A DNA stretch of 64,000 nt, taken from the NCBI GenBank assembly GCA_965208835.1, contig OZ242358.1, positions 1,312,001 through 1,376,000 on the forward strand, in the 5' to 3' direction. Made by a program: the position numbers and the translations under genes. Shown piece after piece: positions 56,042 through 64,000 of the stretch. Position 1 is the stretch's first letter; every line of letters starts with the position of its first letter. The stretch comes from Candidatus Latescibacterota bacterium. GTDB taxonomy: Bacteria > Latescibacterota > UBA2968 > GCA-2709665. Below the pieces are notes generated by a model. That model did no database searches. It was not told the origin of the DNA and saw only the letters and a program-made list of their open reading frames with translations.

Positions 56042-57295
56042 CTATCGGCCGTTGTACTCACGCATTGCGAGTACCGCGTTGTGTCCGCCGAATCCGAAGG
56101 AGTTGTTCAAGGCCACGCTGACGGGCATTTCCCGTGCCGTGTTGGGCACGTAGTCCAGGTCGCACTCCGGGTCCGGATGTTCGTAGTTGATGGTGGGTGG
56201 TACCCGGCCGTGATGGATGGCCAGGAGGCAGGCGATGCTTTCGATTGCGCCGGAGGCGCCCAGCAGATGGCCCGTCATGGACTTCGTGGAACTGACCGCG
56301 ACCTCTCTCGCATGATTCCCCAGGACGGACTTAATGGCGGCGGTTTCGGTCCGGTCGCCGATCGGTGTGGAGGTTCCGTGGGCATTGATGTAGTTTACGT
56401 CCTCCGGGTTCAGCCCTGCCTGGTTCAGGGCGATCCTCATCGCCCGGGCGCCGCCCTCGCCGCCCGGGGCCATGTCGGTGACGTGGTACGCGTCGGCGGT
56501 AAAACCCGCACCGGCAATCTCGGCGTATATCCGAGCGCCCCGCCGCCGTGCGTGCTGCAGTTCTTCGAGTATGAGCGCCCCGCAGCCCTCGCCAAGTACG
56601 AATCCGTCGCGCTCAAGGTCGAAGGGGCGGCTGGCACCCTGCGGATCCTCGTTGCGCGTGGAAAGCGCCTTCATCGAAGCGAAACCCCCAAGCGACATCG
56701 CGCTGACGGCCGCTTCGGCGCCACCGGTGACCATGACGTCGGCTTCGTTGTGCCTGATCTCTCTGAAGGCGCATCCTATCGCATGCGCGGCGGAGGAACA
56801 GGCGGAAACGGTGGTATAGTTCGGCCCTCTGGCGCCGAGCAGGATGGAAACCTGCCCCGACGTCATGTCGGGAATCATCATGGGGATGAAGAATGGGCTG
56901 ATCCTCCGTGCGCCCTTCTCAAGGAGGACGGTGTGTTGATCTTCGAAGGTCCAGATACCGCCGATGCCCGAGCCGAAAATCACGCCCATCCGGTCGGGGT
57001 TCCCCGCATCCACGTCCAGATCTGCGTCAGTGACAGCCATCTGCGCGCAACAGATGGCATATTGGGTGCACAGATCGTTGCGCCTCGCCATCCTGCGGTC
57101 GAGACCGAACCGCTCTGCGTCGAAATCCTTCAATTCGGCTCCGAACGTAACCCGGAATCCCGTCGTATCGAATCGGCGGATGTGATCGACGCCGCTTTCC
57201 CCGTTGAGCAGCGCCTCCCAACAGGTATCGGTGTTCAATCCGTTCGGCGCGAGGACGCCGAGGCCCGTCACTACGACCCTTCGGTTTCCATTCAA
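56042..57295 (-). CDS. fabF: 3-oxoacyl-ACP synthase II
   Basis: RRVVVTGLG, SACSS, NAHGTST, KSMTGHLLGA and NSFGFGGHN; start approximate. Confidence 0.96.
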   Translation of the reverse strand: MNGNRRVVVTGLGVLAPNGLNTDTCWEALLNGESGVDHIRRFDTTGFRVTFGAELKDFDAERFGLDRRMARRNDLCTQYAICCAQMAVTDADLDVDAGNPDRMGVIFGSGIGGIWTFEDQHTVLLEKGARRISPFFIPMMIPDMTSGQVSILLGARGPNYTTVSACSSAAHAIGCAFREIRHNEADVMVTGGAEAAVSAMSLGGFASMKALSTRNEDPQGASRPFDLERDGFVLGEGCGALILEELQHARRRGARIYAEIAGAGFTADAYHVTDMAPGGEGGARAMRIALNQAGLNPEDVNYINAHGTSTPIGDRTETAAIKSVLGNHAREVAVSSTKSMTGHLLGASGAIESIACLLAIHHGRVPPTINYEHPDPECDLDYVPNTAREMPVSVALNNSFGFGGHNAVLAMREYNGR

Positions 57296-57418
57296 GGGCA
57301 CCTTCTCCCGCGTATCGGTGTTTGCATCGGCGCAGTGTTGCGACGGTATCGAATTCTCCGCGCCAGGTTCACGATCCGGACGCCGACGCGCTGACCGTGA
57401 CGCCAACTGCCCGGCAGG

Positions 57419-57661
57419 CTATTCACTCAGGCGCTGCTTGAGATAATCCGTGACGTCGCTTACGGTCTCCAGCTTCTCGGCGTCTTCATCGGGAACTTCC
57501 ATGTCGAATTCCTCTTCGAAGGCCATCACCAGTTCGACCGTGTCGAGAGAATCCGCACCAAGATCATCTATGAAATGGGCTTGCGGGGTTACGCTGTCGG
57601 CATCCACGCCCAACTGGTCAACGATGAGATCGACGACTTTTTGCTGAATATCTTCAGCCAT
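57419..57661 (-). CDS. acpP: Acyl carrier protein
   Basis: [14 protein letters not shown]. Confidence 0.97.
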   Translation of the reverse strand: MAEDIQQKVVDLIVDQLGVDADSVTPQAHFIDDLGADSLDTVELVMAFEEEFDMEVPDEDAEKLETVSDVTDYLKQRLSE

Positions 57662-57759
57662 GGCTACTATCTCCCTTTCTTATTGCGAACCGCGAGTCAC
57701 GGAGTACAGCCCGGCGCAACGCTCCTTTCACGCCTGTCGCCAGACGGTTCACGATTGAC

Positions 57760-58506
57760 TTACATAACCATCCCTCCGTCCACAACCAGGACCTGCCCGG
57801 TGATATAGGCAGCGTCGCCGGAGGCCAGAAACGCGACCGCCGCCGCTATATCATCGGGACTTCCCGGCGTGCCCAGGGGAACCTGTTCAAGAATCTTCTC
57901 TTTGAGTCCTTCCGGGAGTTTTTCCGTCATTTCGGTGGGGATATATCCGGGCGCGACCACATTGGCGGTGATCTTCCTGCTCGCCAGCTCTTTGGCGGCG
58001 GTCTTTGTGAGGCCGATAAGCCCGGATTTCGCCGCCGTGTACCCTGCCTGTCCGGGGTTTCCCATCAACCCCGTAACGGATGAGATATTGATGATCCGTC
58101 CGGACCGCGCCCGCATCATCGGTCTTACGGCGGCCTGCATACACAGAAATGCGCCCTTGAGATTGACGTCGAGGACGGCGTCCCAGTCTCCCGGTTTCAG
58201 TCGCATCAGCAAACCGTCGCGGGCAATTCCTGCATTGTTGACCAGAATATCCAGCCCGCCCCAGCGGTCCAGGACGGTCTTGAAAAGCTCGCTGACGTCG
58301 GTGGCGTTTGAAACGTCCGCCTGAAGCGCAAGCGCGCTCCCGCCGCGGCTCTCGATGGCCTCAGCCACCGCCTGTGCACGGTCGAGGCTCCGGCTGGCGC
58401 ACACCGCCACCCTGGCGCCTTCTTCGGCCAGCCGGTTGGCGATGGCCGCGCCGATGCCGCGGGATCCGCCCGTGACAATCGCGGTCTTGTTTTTAAGGCG
58501 ATTCAT
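57760..58506 (-). CDS. fabG: 3-oxoacyl-ACP reductase
   Basis: TGGSRGIG, NNAG and YTAAK; fab cluster context. Confidence 0.95.
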   Translation of the reverse strand: MNRLKNKTAIVTGGSRGIGAAIANRLAEEGARVAVCASRSLDRAQAVAEAIESRGGSALALQADVSNATDVSELFKTVLDRWGGLDILVNNAGIARDGLLMRLKPGDWDAVLDVNLKGAFLCMQAAVRPMMRARSGRIINISSVTGLMGNPGQAGYTAAKSGLIGLTKTAAKELASRKITANVVAPGYIPTEMTEKLPEGLKEKILEQVPLGTPGSPDDIAAAVAFLASGDAAYITGQVLVVDGGMVM

Positions 58507-59423
58507 ACCGTAAGACTATCCAGGTCCTTTAGAGTTCCTGCAGACGACACGGCGACGCTCCTGTCGATGCGTCGCATCAGGGCGTTCAACGTGTTTCCCG
58601 GTCCGGCTTCGATCGCACGGTCGACGCCTTCCGAAACGAGCCGCGCCATTGAATCCGTCCATCGGACCGGAGAGACAATCTGTCTGATCAGAAGGTCCTT
58701 GAGCAGGTCCGGATCGGTCGTGGGTTCCGCCGTCGTGTTCGGCACCACCGGGATGCGCGCCGGCGAGAACGGAACATTTGCAAGGGCGCCTTCAAGGGTG
58801 CCGAGGGCGGACTGCATCAGGCCCGAGTGAAAGGCGCCGCTGACCTGGAGTTCCACAACCCTCCTGGCGCCCTCGTCGGATGCGCTGCCCATGGCCCGCT
58901 TCACTGCGGTCGGTTCGCCCGAAATGACGACCTGACCGGGGCAGTTGAAGTTTGCGGGCACGACCACGACGCCGGGCCCCAGCGATTCGCAAATATCCAC
59001 GACCGCATTGTCGTTCAGGCCTATAATGGCAGCCATTGTACCGGGGTGCATTTTCCCCGCGGCGTGCATGGCCCGTCCCCGGATGCCCACGATCCGGACA
59101 CCGTCTTCCAGGGACATCACACCGGCGGCGACCAGCGCCGCCAGTTCGCCCACGCTGTGTCCGGCGACGTAATCCGGATGGATGCCCCTGTCTTTCAGGA
59201 TTTTAAATACCGAGATGCTGTGCGCGAAGATGGCCGGCTGCGTGATGGCCGTCTGCTTCAGGGATTCTTCCGGGCCGTCGAAACAGAAGGTCTTCAACCC
59301 GGTCTCGGAGATGCGGTCGGTCAGATTGAATACGTACTGTGCGATCGGTGAGGCGCTGTAAAGATCGCTGGCCATCCCCACGTATTGCGCGCCTTGGCCG
59401 GGGAACAAGAAGGCTAAGGACAT
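58503..59423 (-). CDS. fabD: Malonyl-CoA:ACP transacylase
   Basis: FPGQGAQ, GHSVGE and VSGAFHS. Confidence 0.95.
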   Translation of the reverse strand: MSLAFLFPGQGAQYVGMASDLYSASPIAQYVFNLTDRISETGLKTFCFDGPEESLKQTAITQPAIFAHSISVFKILKDRGIHPDYVAGHSVGELAALVAAGVMSLEDGVRIVGIRGRAMHAAGKMHPGTMAAIIGLNDNAVVDICESLGPGVVVVPANFNCPGQVVISGEPTAVKRAMGSASDEGARRVVELQVSGAFHSGLMQSALGTLEGALANVPFSPARIPVVPNTTAEPTTDPDLLKDLLIRQIVSPVRWTDSMARLVSEGVDRAIEAGPGNTLNALMRRIDRSVAVSSAGTLKDLDSLTV

Positions 59424-59476
59424 AAGGGTCCAGGAACGTATTCGAAGATGATATCCGGCCATCCACTCCGGAATAA

Positions 59477-59638
59477 GAAGCTGTCTTGAAATTCCCAGCG
59501 GTCTTCGCACGGCTGCAAAAGCGCCGGTCGGCGTTGGTCAAACCGACCCGTATAGACAAATATGGGCCGATTCTCCCGCCTTGACCGCCACTTTTTCGCT
59601 CGTGCTCGGGAACTCACCGGTAATTTCAAAACAGCTTC
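59477..59638 (+). mobile_element. MITE-like element family B, copy 1 (162 bp)
   Basis: TIRs GAAGCTGTCTTGAAATT...AATTTCAAAACAGCTTC; near-identical to 60912-61073. Confidence 0.82.
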
Positions 59639-59646
59639 CAAGGGCA

Positions 59647-60642
59647 TCAGTACGCCCATTTCAGCAGGGCGCTTCCCCAGGTATAGCCGGCCCCGGCGCT
59701 TGACACGACAATGTAGTCGCCCCGCTTAACACGTTCCTGTTCGACTGCTTCGGAAAGTGCGATTGGGATTGTGCCGCAGGTCGTGTTCGCGTATTTGTCG
59801 ATGTTGACCAGTACGCGTTCCGGCGCCAGCTTCATTCGGCGGGCGGTCGCGTCGATGATGCGTTTATTCGCCTGGTGCGGTACCAGCAGGGCGATATCGT
59901 CGCCGCTGAGTCCGTTTCGTTCCAGGAGTTCCGCGGATACCGCGGCCATGCTGCTGCTGGCGAATTTGAGCACGCGAGGCCCGTCCTGGTGAACGTAGTG
60001 CATTTTCTTGTCAACGGTTTCGTGGCTTGCGGGATGCAGACTGCCGCCGGCCGGTTGGCACAGATACTGGCCGCCGGATCCGTCCACGTTCAGGATGAAG
60101 TCCTGGATGCCGGCGCCGGTCTCGTCGGGTTCCAGGAGGACAGCCCCCGCACCGTCCCCGAACAAAACACAGGTCTCCCGGTTGGTGTAGTCGACTACGG
60201 AACTCATTTTATCGGAGCCGATGACCACCACTCTCCTGTGCGCTCCGCTTTCGACAAACTGTCCGCCTACGACCAGGGCGTACAGGAACCCGCAGCATGC
60301 CGCGGAGAGGTCGAACCCCCACGCGTTCCCGGCCCCCACCTCGTGCTGCACCAGGCACGCGGTGGCGGGATACACCATATCCGGCGTTACGGTTGCAACG
60401 ATAATCAGGTCGATTTCACTGGCGTCAAGGCCCTTTTGTTCCAGCAGGGACTCCATTGCCCCGGTGGCCATGTGCGAGGCGCCGAGGCCGTCATCGAGGA
60501 TGCGGCGTTCTGCAATACCCGTTCGTGTTCGAATCCAATCATCCGAGGTATCCACCATCTGTTCCAGGTCGGCATTCGTCAGCCGGCGTTCGGGGAGAAA
60601 GCGGGAGACACCGGTGACGGAAGCTTTGACTCTCTTATTCAT
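59647..60642 (-). CDS. fabH: 3-oxoacyl-ACP synthase III
   Basis: DWIRTRTGI, AACCGF, FGDGAGA, HQAN and ANT. Confidence 0.95.
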   Translation of the reverse strand: MNKRVKASVTGVSRFLPERRLTNADLEQMVDTSDDWIRTRTGIAERRILDDGLGASHMATGAMESLLEQKGLDASEIDLIIVATVTPDMVYPATACLVQHEVGAGNAWGFDLSAACCGFLYALVVGGQFVESGAHRRVVVIGSDKMSSVVDYTNRETCVLFGDGAGAVLLEPDETGAGIQDFILNVDGSGGQYLCQPAGGSLHPASHETVDKKMHYVHQDGPRVLKFASSSMAAVSAELLERNGLSGDDIALLVPHQANKRIIDATARRMKLAPERVLVNIDKYANTTCGTIPIALSEAVEQERVKRGDYIVVSSAGAGYTWGSALLKWAY

Positions 60643-60698
60643 AGGCAAGGACTGAGATTCAGGGAAAGACGAATGGGCAACGCCGCCGGGTCCGGCAA

Positions 60699-60881
60699 TC
60701 AGACGCTATCACCTTCGGTTACTTCGCGGCCGTTGTATTGTCCGCAGGTGGCGCAGACCCGGTGAGGCCTGTGCGGCTGGCCGCAGACGAGACAATTGGA
60801 GAAAGCCGGTCTCAAGAGCTTCCAGTGGGTCCGTCGCTTGCCGGTTCTGGAATTGGAACTCCTGCGTTTGGGGTGTGCCAT
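60699..60881 (-). CDS. rpmF: 50S ribosomal protein L32
   Basis: MAHPKRR...CLVC...HRVCATCGQY. Confidence 0.95.
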   Translation of the reverse strand: MAHPKRRSSNSRTGKRRTHWKLLRPAFSNCLVCGQPHRPHRVCATCGQYNGREVTEGDSV

Positions 60882-60911
60882 TTTGAAATGCTCCTTCAGG
60901 ATTGGTCTACA

Positions 60912-61073
60912 GAAGCCGCCTTAAAATTCCCAGCGGTCTTCGCGCGGCTGCAAAAGCGCCGGTCGGCGTTGGTCAAACCCACCCGTATAGATAAATATGG
61001 GTGGGTTTTCCCGCCTTGACCGCCACTTTTTCGCTCGCGCTCGGGAACTCACCGGTAATTTTAAGACTGCTTC
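60912..61073 (+). mobile_element. MITE-like element family B, copy 2 (162 bp)
   Basis: GAAGCCGCCTTAAAATT...AATTTTAAGACTGCTTC; right TIR overlaps the last codons of yceD. Confidence 0.82.
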
Positions 61074-61573
61074 TTAAGCGCCCGCAGGGCTTCCCAGCGG
61101 GGGTCGATCTGAGTTGACGAACAGTTGCACTGCGTCAGGTTGAGGTTCTCACCGCAAATTGAGCAAAGCCCCTCGCAGGACGTCTTGCACAGGGGATTCA
61201 ACGGCATTTCCAGCAGTATGTAGTCCTTGATTTCTTCGCCGAGGTCGACTTTGTCTCCGGATTCGTCCAGCCAGATCATCGTTTCGTCTTCATCATCTTC
61301 CATGGATTCCGGACGGTTTTTCTGGAAGACGAATTTGAAATCGGAGGAGAGGGAGAACGAAACGGGTTCCAGGCATCGCACGCACTCGAACCGAAGGTCG
61401 GCATTCGTCCGGCCGCTTGCAGATATGGATTCGCCTATCTTGACGAACTTGATACGCGTCTTGATGGGACCCACGAATTGCAGATCTTCATCCTGGATGT
61501 GCAACTCTTCGGGAGTTTCCTCCCAGTCCAGACTGGCCGTGCCCTCTTCGAGTTCATTGAGCGCGACGATCAT
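61061..61573 (-). CDS. yceD: YceD / DUF177 family protein
   Basis: ECVRCL, LCKTSCEGLCSICGENLN and DPRW; upstream of rpmF. Confidence 0.9.
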   Translation of the reverse strand: MIVALNELEEGTASLDWEETPEELHIQDEDLQFVGPIKTRIKFVKIGESISASGRTNADLRFECVRCLEPVSFSLSSDFKFVFQKNRPESMEDDEDETMIWLDESGDKVDLGEEIKDYILLEMPLNPLCKTSCEGLCSICGENLNLTQCNCSSTQIDPRWEALRALKKQS

Positions 61574-61588
61574 TGAATTGTGTCCGTT

Positions 61589-61999
61589 CTAAGTGCTATC
61601 TCCGAAAAAGAAGGCGATTTCATCTTCCGCGGTTTCGGGCGAGTCCGACGCGTGTACGGCGTTGCGCTGTACGGTTGTGCCGAATTCTCTGCGAATGGTG
61701 CCTTCAGCGGCTTTCGCCGAATCGGTTACACCTATGATTTTCCGCAGGATCGACACCGCGTCATCCCGCTCGAGCGCCGCCGGTACGACGGGACCCGAGG
61801 ACATGAAGTCGATCAGGCCAGGAAAAAAAGGTTGTCCCTCATGTACTGCGTAGAACCGGGTGGCCTCCTCACGCGTGAACCGCGTCATTCTCATCTGTTG
61901 GATCTTGAACCCCTTGTCTTCCACACGTTTCAGGATGTCGCCGACGGCATTCCGGGAAACCGCGTCCGGTTTGATAATCAACAATGTGCGTTCCGGCAT
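61589..61999 (-). CDS. ndk: Nucleoside diphosphate kinase
   Basis: ERTLLIIKPDAV, GTIR and NAVHASDS. Confidence 0.96.
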   Translation of the reverse strand: MPERTLLIIKPDAVSRNAVGDILKRVEDKGFKIQQMRMTRFTREEATRFYAVHEGQPFFPGLIDFMSSGPVVPAALERDDAVSILRKIIGVTDSAKAAEGTIRREFGTTVQRNAVHASDSPETAEDEIAFFFGDST

Positions 62000-62106
62000 C
62001 GACACCCGCGCTTTCCGTCCGGATAATAAAGGGCAAGATGGCGTATCACGCTGAAGATGAAGAAGATAGATTTTCTCCGGGGATTTGTCAATATCAAACT
62101 TCGTTT

Positions 62107-62138
62107 TTCAGCTATCAGCCATCAGCGGTCAGCGGTCA
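62107..62138. repeat. Short heptamer tandem repeat (TCAGCNN)
   Basis: TCAGCTA TCAGCCA TCAGCGG TCAGCGG TCA. Confidence 0.65.
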
Positions 62139-62145
62139 CTAAAAA

Positions 62146-62276
62146 CCGGTGAGAGGGGAGACGTTAGACGGTAGAGATGACCTGCCTTGTATGGTTTATT
62201 CTCGTGTCGGAGGCAAGAAGGAAACACTTACCGGGCGTTGATTTCTTCTTCCGTCTAACCTCTAACGTCTCCCTGC
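62146..62276 (-). repeat. 131-bp dispersed element, copy 3 (inverted)
   Basis: Reverse complement of the core (CCTGCCTTG...TTCTCGTGTCGGAGGCAAGAA...ACCGGGC) with heptamer arms. Confidence 0.8.
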
Positions 62277-62279
62277 CTT

Positions 62280-62624
62280 TTAGGTTTTCTTCAGCAGCGT
62301 TCTCAGATGGTATCCCGCCGCCGCGGCGAGTGCCGCGACAACGCCACCGATCAGCGCCGTGAGCACGACCAGCATGGTTGGATTGGAGAGTCCGGCGATA
62401 CCGGCGATCTTCGCGGTGAGCACGCCGCCGGATTTCAGATGGATATAACCGGCTGAAGCCAGCCATAGAATGCCCGCGCCGCTGAAGCCCGCGCCCAGTG
62501 CTTTCCACGCGCTGGGCGCCTTCCAGAAACCCGCCGCGAATCCCGCGACGCCGATTCCCCACCACGGCAGCGTCAGGCCGGCAATCAGGCCGAATACAAG
62601 GACGTATAGAGCGGTTGAGATCAT
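62280..62624 (-). CDS. Hypothetical small membrane protein
   Basis: About 4 Gly/Ala-rich TM segments; LPWW motif. Confidence 0.7.
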   Translation of the reverse strand: MISTALYVLVFGLIAGLTLPWWGIGVAGFAAGFWKAPSAWKALGAGFSGAGILWLASAGYIHLKSGGVLTAKIAGIAGLSNPTMLVVLTALIGGVVAALAAAAGYHLRTLLKKT

Positions 62625-62693
62625 ATAGAGAAAGCTATCATCAAAAAACCGGGGAGACGTTAGACGGGAGAGGGGAGGAGAAAAAGCCTAAAA

Positions 62694-62824
62694 ACGGGTA
62701 GACGGGAGACGTAAGACGTGAGAGATTGCCTGCCCTGTCAGGTTTCTTTTCGTTCCGGAGGCAAGGAGGGAAGACATACCGGGCGAGGATATCTTCTACC
62801 GTCTAACCTCTACCTTCTCCCCGC
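62694..62824 (-). repeat. 131-bp dispersed element, copy 4 (inverted, with extra arm fragments outside)
   Basis: AGAGATTGCCTGCC...CCGGAGGCAAG...CATACCGGGCGAGGA; additional heptamer arms at about 62649-62677 and 62828-62851. Confidence 0.8.
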
Positions 62825-62846
62825 ATTTCTTCTACCCTCTACCGTC

Positions 62847-64000
62847 TTACGGTTTTGTGACCAGCGTCAACCGTTCCTCGATACGCCCCTGGCCGTCTTT
62901 CGGCGTTTTCATAAACAGCAGCTCGTCGAGTTCGCCTCTTACCCATCTGTCGACGAAGTCGTCGTAGTGACGGCTGCCCGGGTTGCCGGATTGTCCGCCC
63001 GGATAGATTCCCCACGCCCGCACGTCAGGTCCCATCGCAACGACCATACGCCAGCAAGGGCCGTGGCCCCCGCGAGTCGCATTGACGATGTCGCGGCCGC
63101 CGCCGACGAACAGATCCATTCGCGAGAATTCAGGGATCCTCAACAAATGCCTGATTTCCGCGCCCCTGCGACCCCATTTCCATGTCTCGCCGATTGGACC
63201 CAGCCTGATGTTCAAATCTCTGCACGTTGACGCAAACGTACTGCGGGTTAGGTCGGCCAGCGTCTCCACAGGTTCCGTCCGAGTGTCGTCGAACCATCTT
63301 GCTTCGGGCTCATCGAGAATCATCCTAACCGTTCGATCCGCGGAAGGGCGTTGCAATCCTGGGCCTGATCCGCTGAATTCATCGTCCCATACTGCCCGGT
63401 AGAGTTTTCCCCACCAGGTTTGAAAAATGGTGGGGGCAATCTCGCCTGCATTCGCGAAATAGTCCCAGTCCCGGAGCGTACGGTAGACGGCCGCCTGATC
63501 GGGACTGAGTGACTGTCGATCGATACACGCCAGCAGGACGGGCAGGACGGCTTCGGCGCGGAGGTGCTTCGTATCGAGCTGCAGGTTCCTGAAGTCCTCG
63601 GGCGTAATGTCCTTCATTTCGGCCAGGCGTTCGTTGATTCGGCGTGCTCGCGTCGGCGAGGAGTAGACGTCTGCCAGCCAATAGGGATAGGTTGGGTCCG
63701 CCGGCCGCTGATTGGCGGAACTGACGAAGCCGCGAGCCGGATTCCTGACGTGGGGCTTGTGGGCGTGCGGTATCCAGTCCTGCCAGTCGTGGAGAGGGTC
63801 CGAGCCGTCAGCGGTGAAGGCGCCCTGGCCCTCCCACCTTGCCGGGAACCGGCCGTTGTGCCAGACTGCGATATTCCCTTCAACGTCGGCGTAGGCGAAG
63901 TTCTGCCCGGGAGCGGTGAGATACGGGAGCGCCTCGACGAAATCGTCGTAGCCGCGCGCGGCATTGAGCCGGTGGCAGGCCAGCCACTCGTTCCCGCCGT
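62847..64000 (-). CDS. Penicillin acylase family (S45, Ntn-hydrolase) protein, N-terminus beyond the right edge
   Basis: The reading frame extends past the ORF-track start: QNFAYADVEGNI, VSSANQ, RMVV and PGGQSGNPGSRHYDD. Confidence 0.9.
   Translation of the reverse strand, partial: GGNEWLACHRLNAARGYDDFVEALPYLTAPGQNFAYADVEGNIAVWHNGRFPARWEGQGAFTADGSDPLHDWQDWIPHAHKPHVRNPARGFVSSANQRPADPTYPYWLADVYSSPTRARRINERLAEMKDITPEDFRNLQLDTKHLRAEAVLPVLLACIDRQSLSPDQAAVYRTLRDWDYFANAGEIAPTIFQTWWGKLYRAVWDDEFSGSGPGLQRPSADRTVRMILDEPEARWFDDTRTEPVETLADLTRSTFASTCRDLNIRLGPIGETWKWGRRGAEIRHLLRIPEFSRMDLFVGGGRDIVNATRGGHGPCWRMVVAMGPDVRAWGIYPGGQSGNPGSRHYDDFVDRWVRGELDELLFMKTPKDGQGRIEERLTLVTKP

Noticed and set aside
56042-60642. 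Type II PKS / secondary metabolite cluster
   Set aside because: Canonical FAS II order with rpmF and rnc; no chain-length factor or tailoring enzymes.

Overview
GC-rich bacterial chromosomal window with no rRNA, tRNA, CRISPR array or intact transposase that I can recognise. Gene content (sulfatase, heparinase-like lyase, many amidohydrolases, Omp85 fusion, fab cluster without plsX) suggests a diderm heterotroph, possibly FCB-superphylum such as Latescibacterota; this lineage call is inference only. Layout: (1) 1-11.3 kb: acyl-CoA ligase and aroC, then a + strand catabolic block. (2) 11.3-17.3 kb: housekeeping genes (mtnA, rsfS, LytR_C protein, carA, pyrC). (3) 17.5-28.7 kb: accessory region with transglutaminase-like and heparinase-like genes, a REP cluster, a giant exonuclease-RecQ-UvrD fusion and decaying toxin-antitoxin/ABC-ATPase remnants. 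(4) 28.9-64 kb: an unbroken minus-strand run with LarA-like/Fe-ADH genes, a UbiA/DUF362 operon, a peptidase-propeller-Omp85 protein, an Opp ABC transporter, lipoate ligase, rnc, the fab/rpmF cluster, ndk and a penicillin acylase. The best candidate for an undescribed system is at about 42.4-54.0 kb, interleaved with the opp genes: a GlmL/MutL-like actin-fold ATPase with no glutamate mutase partner, a barrel-sandwich-hybrid protein, a DUF6754-like protein and several uncharacterised membrane proteins. Three families of short non-autonomous repeats (including four copies of a 131-bp element) and several short tandem arrays lie in intergenic regions. All product calls come from motifs read by eye; no searches were run.
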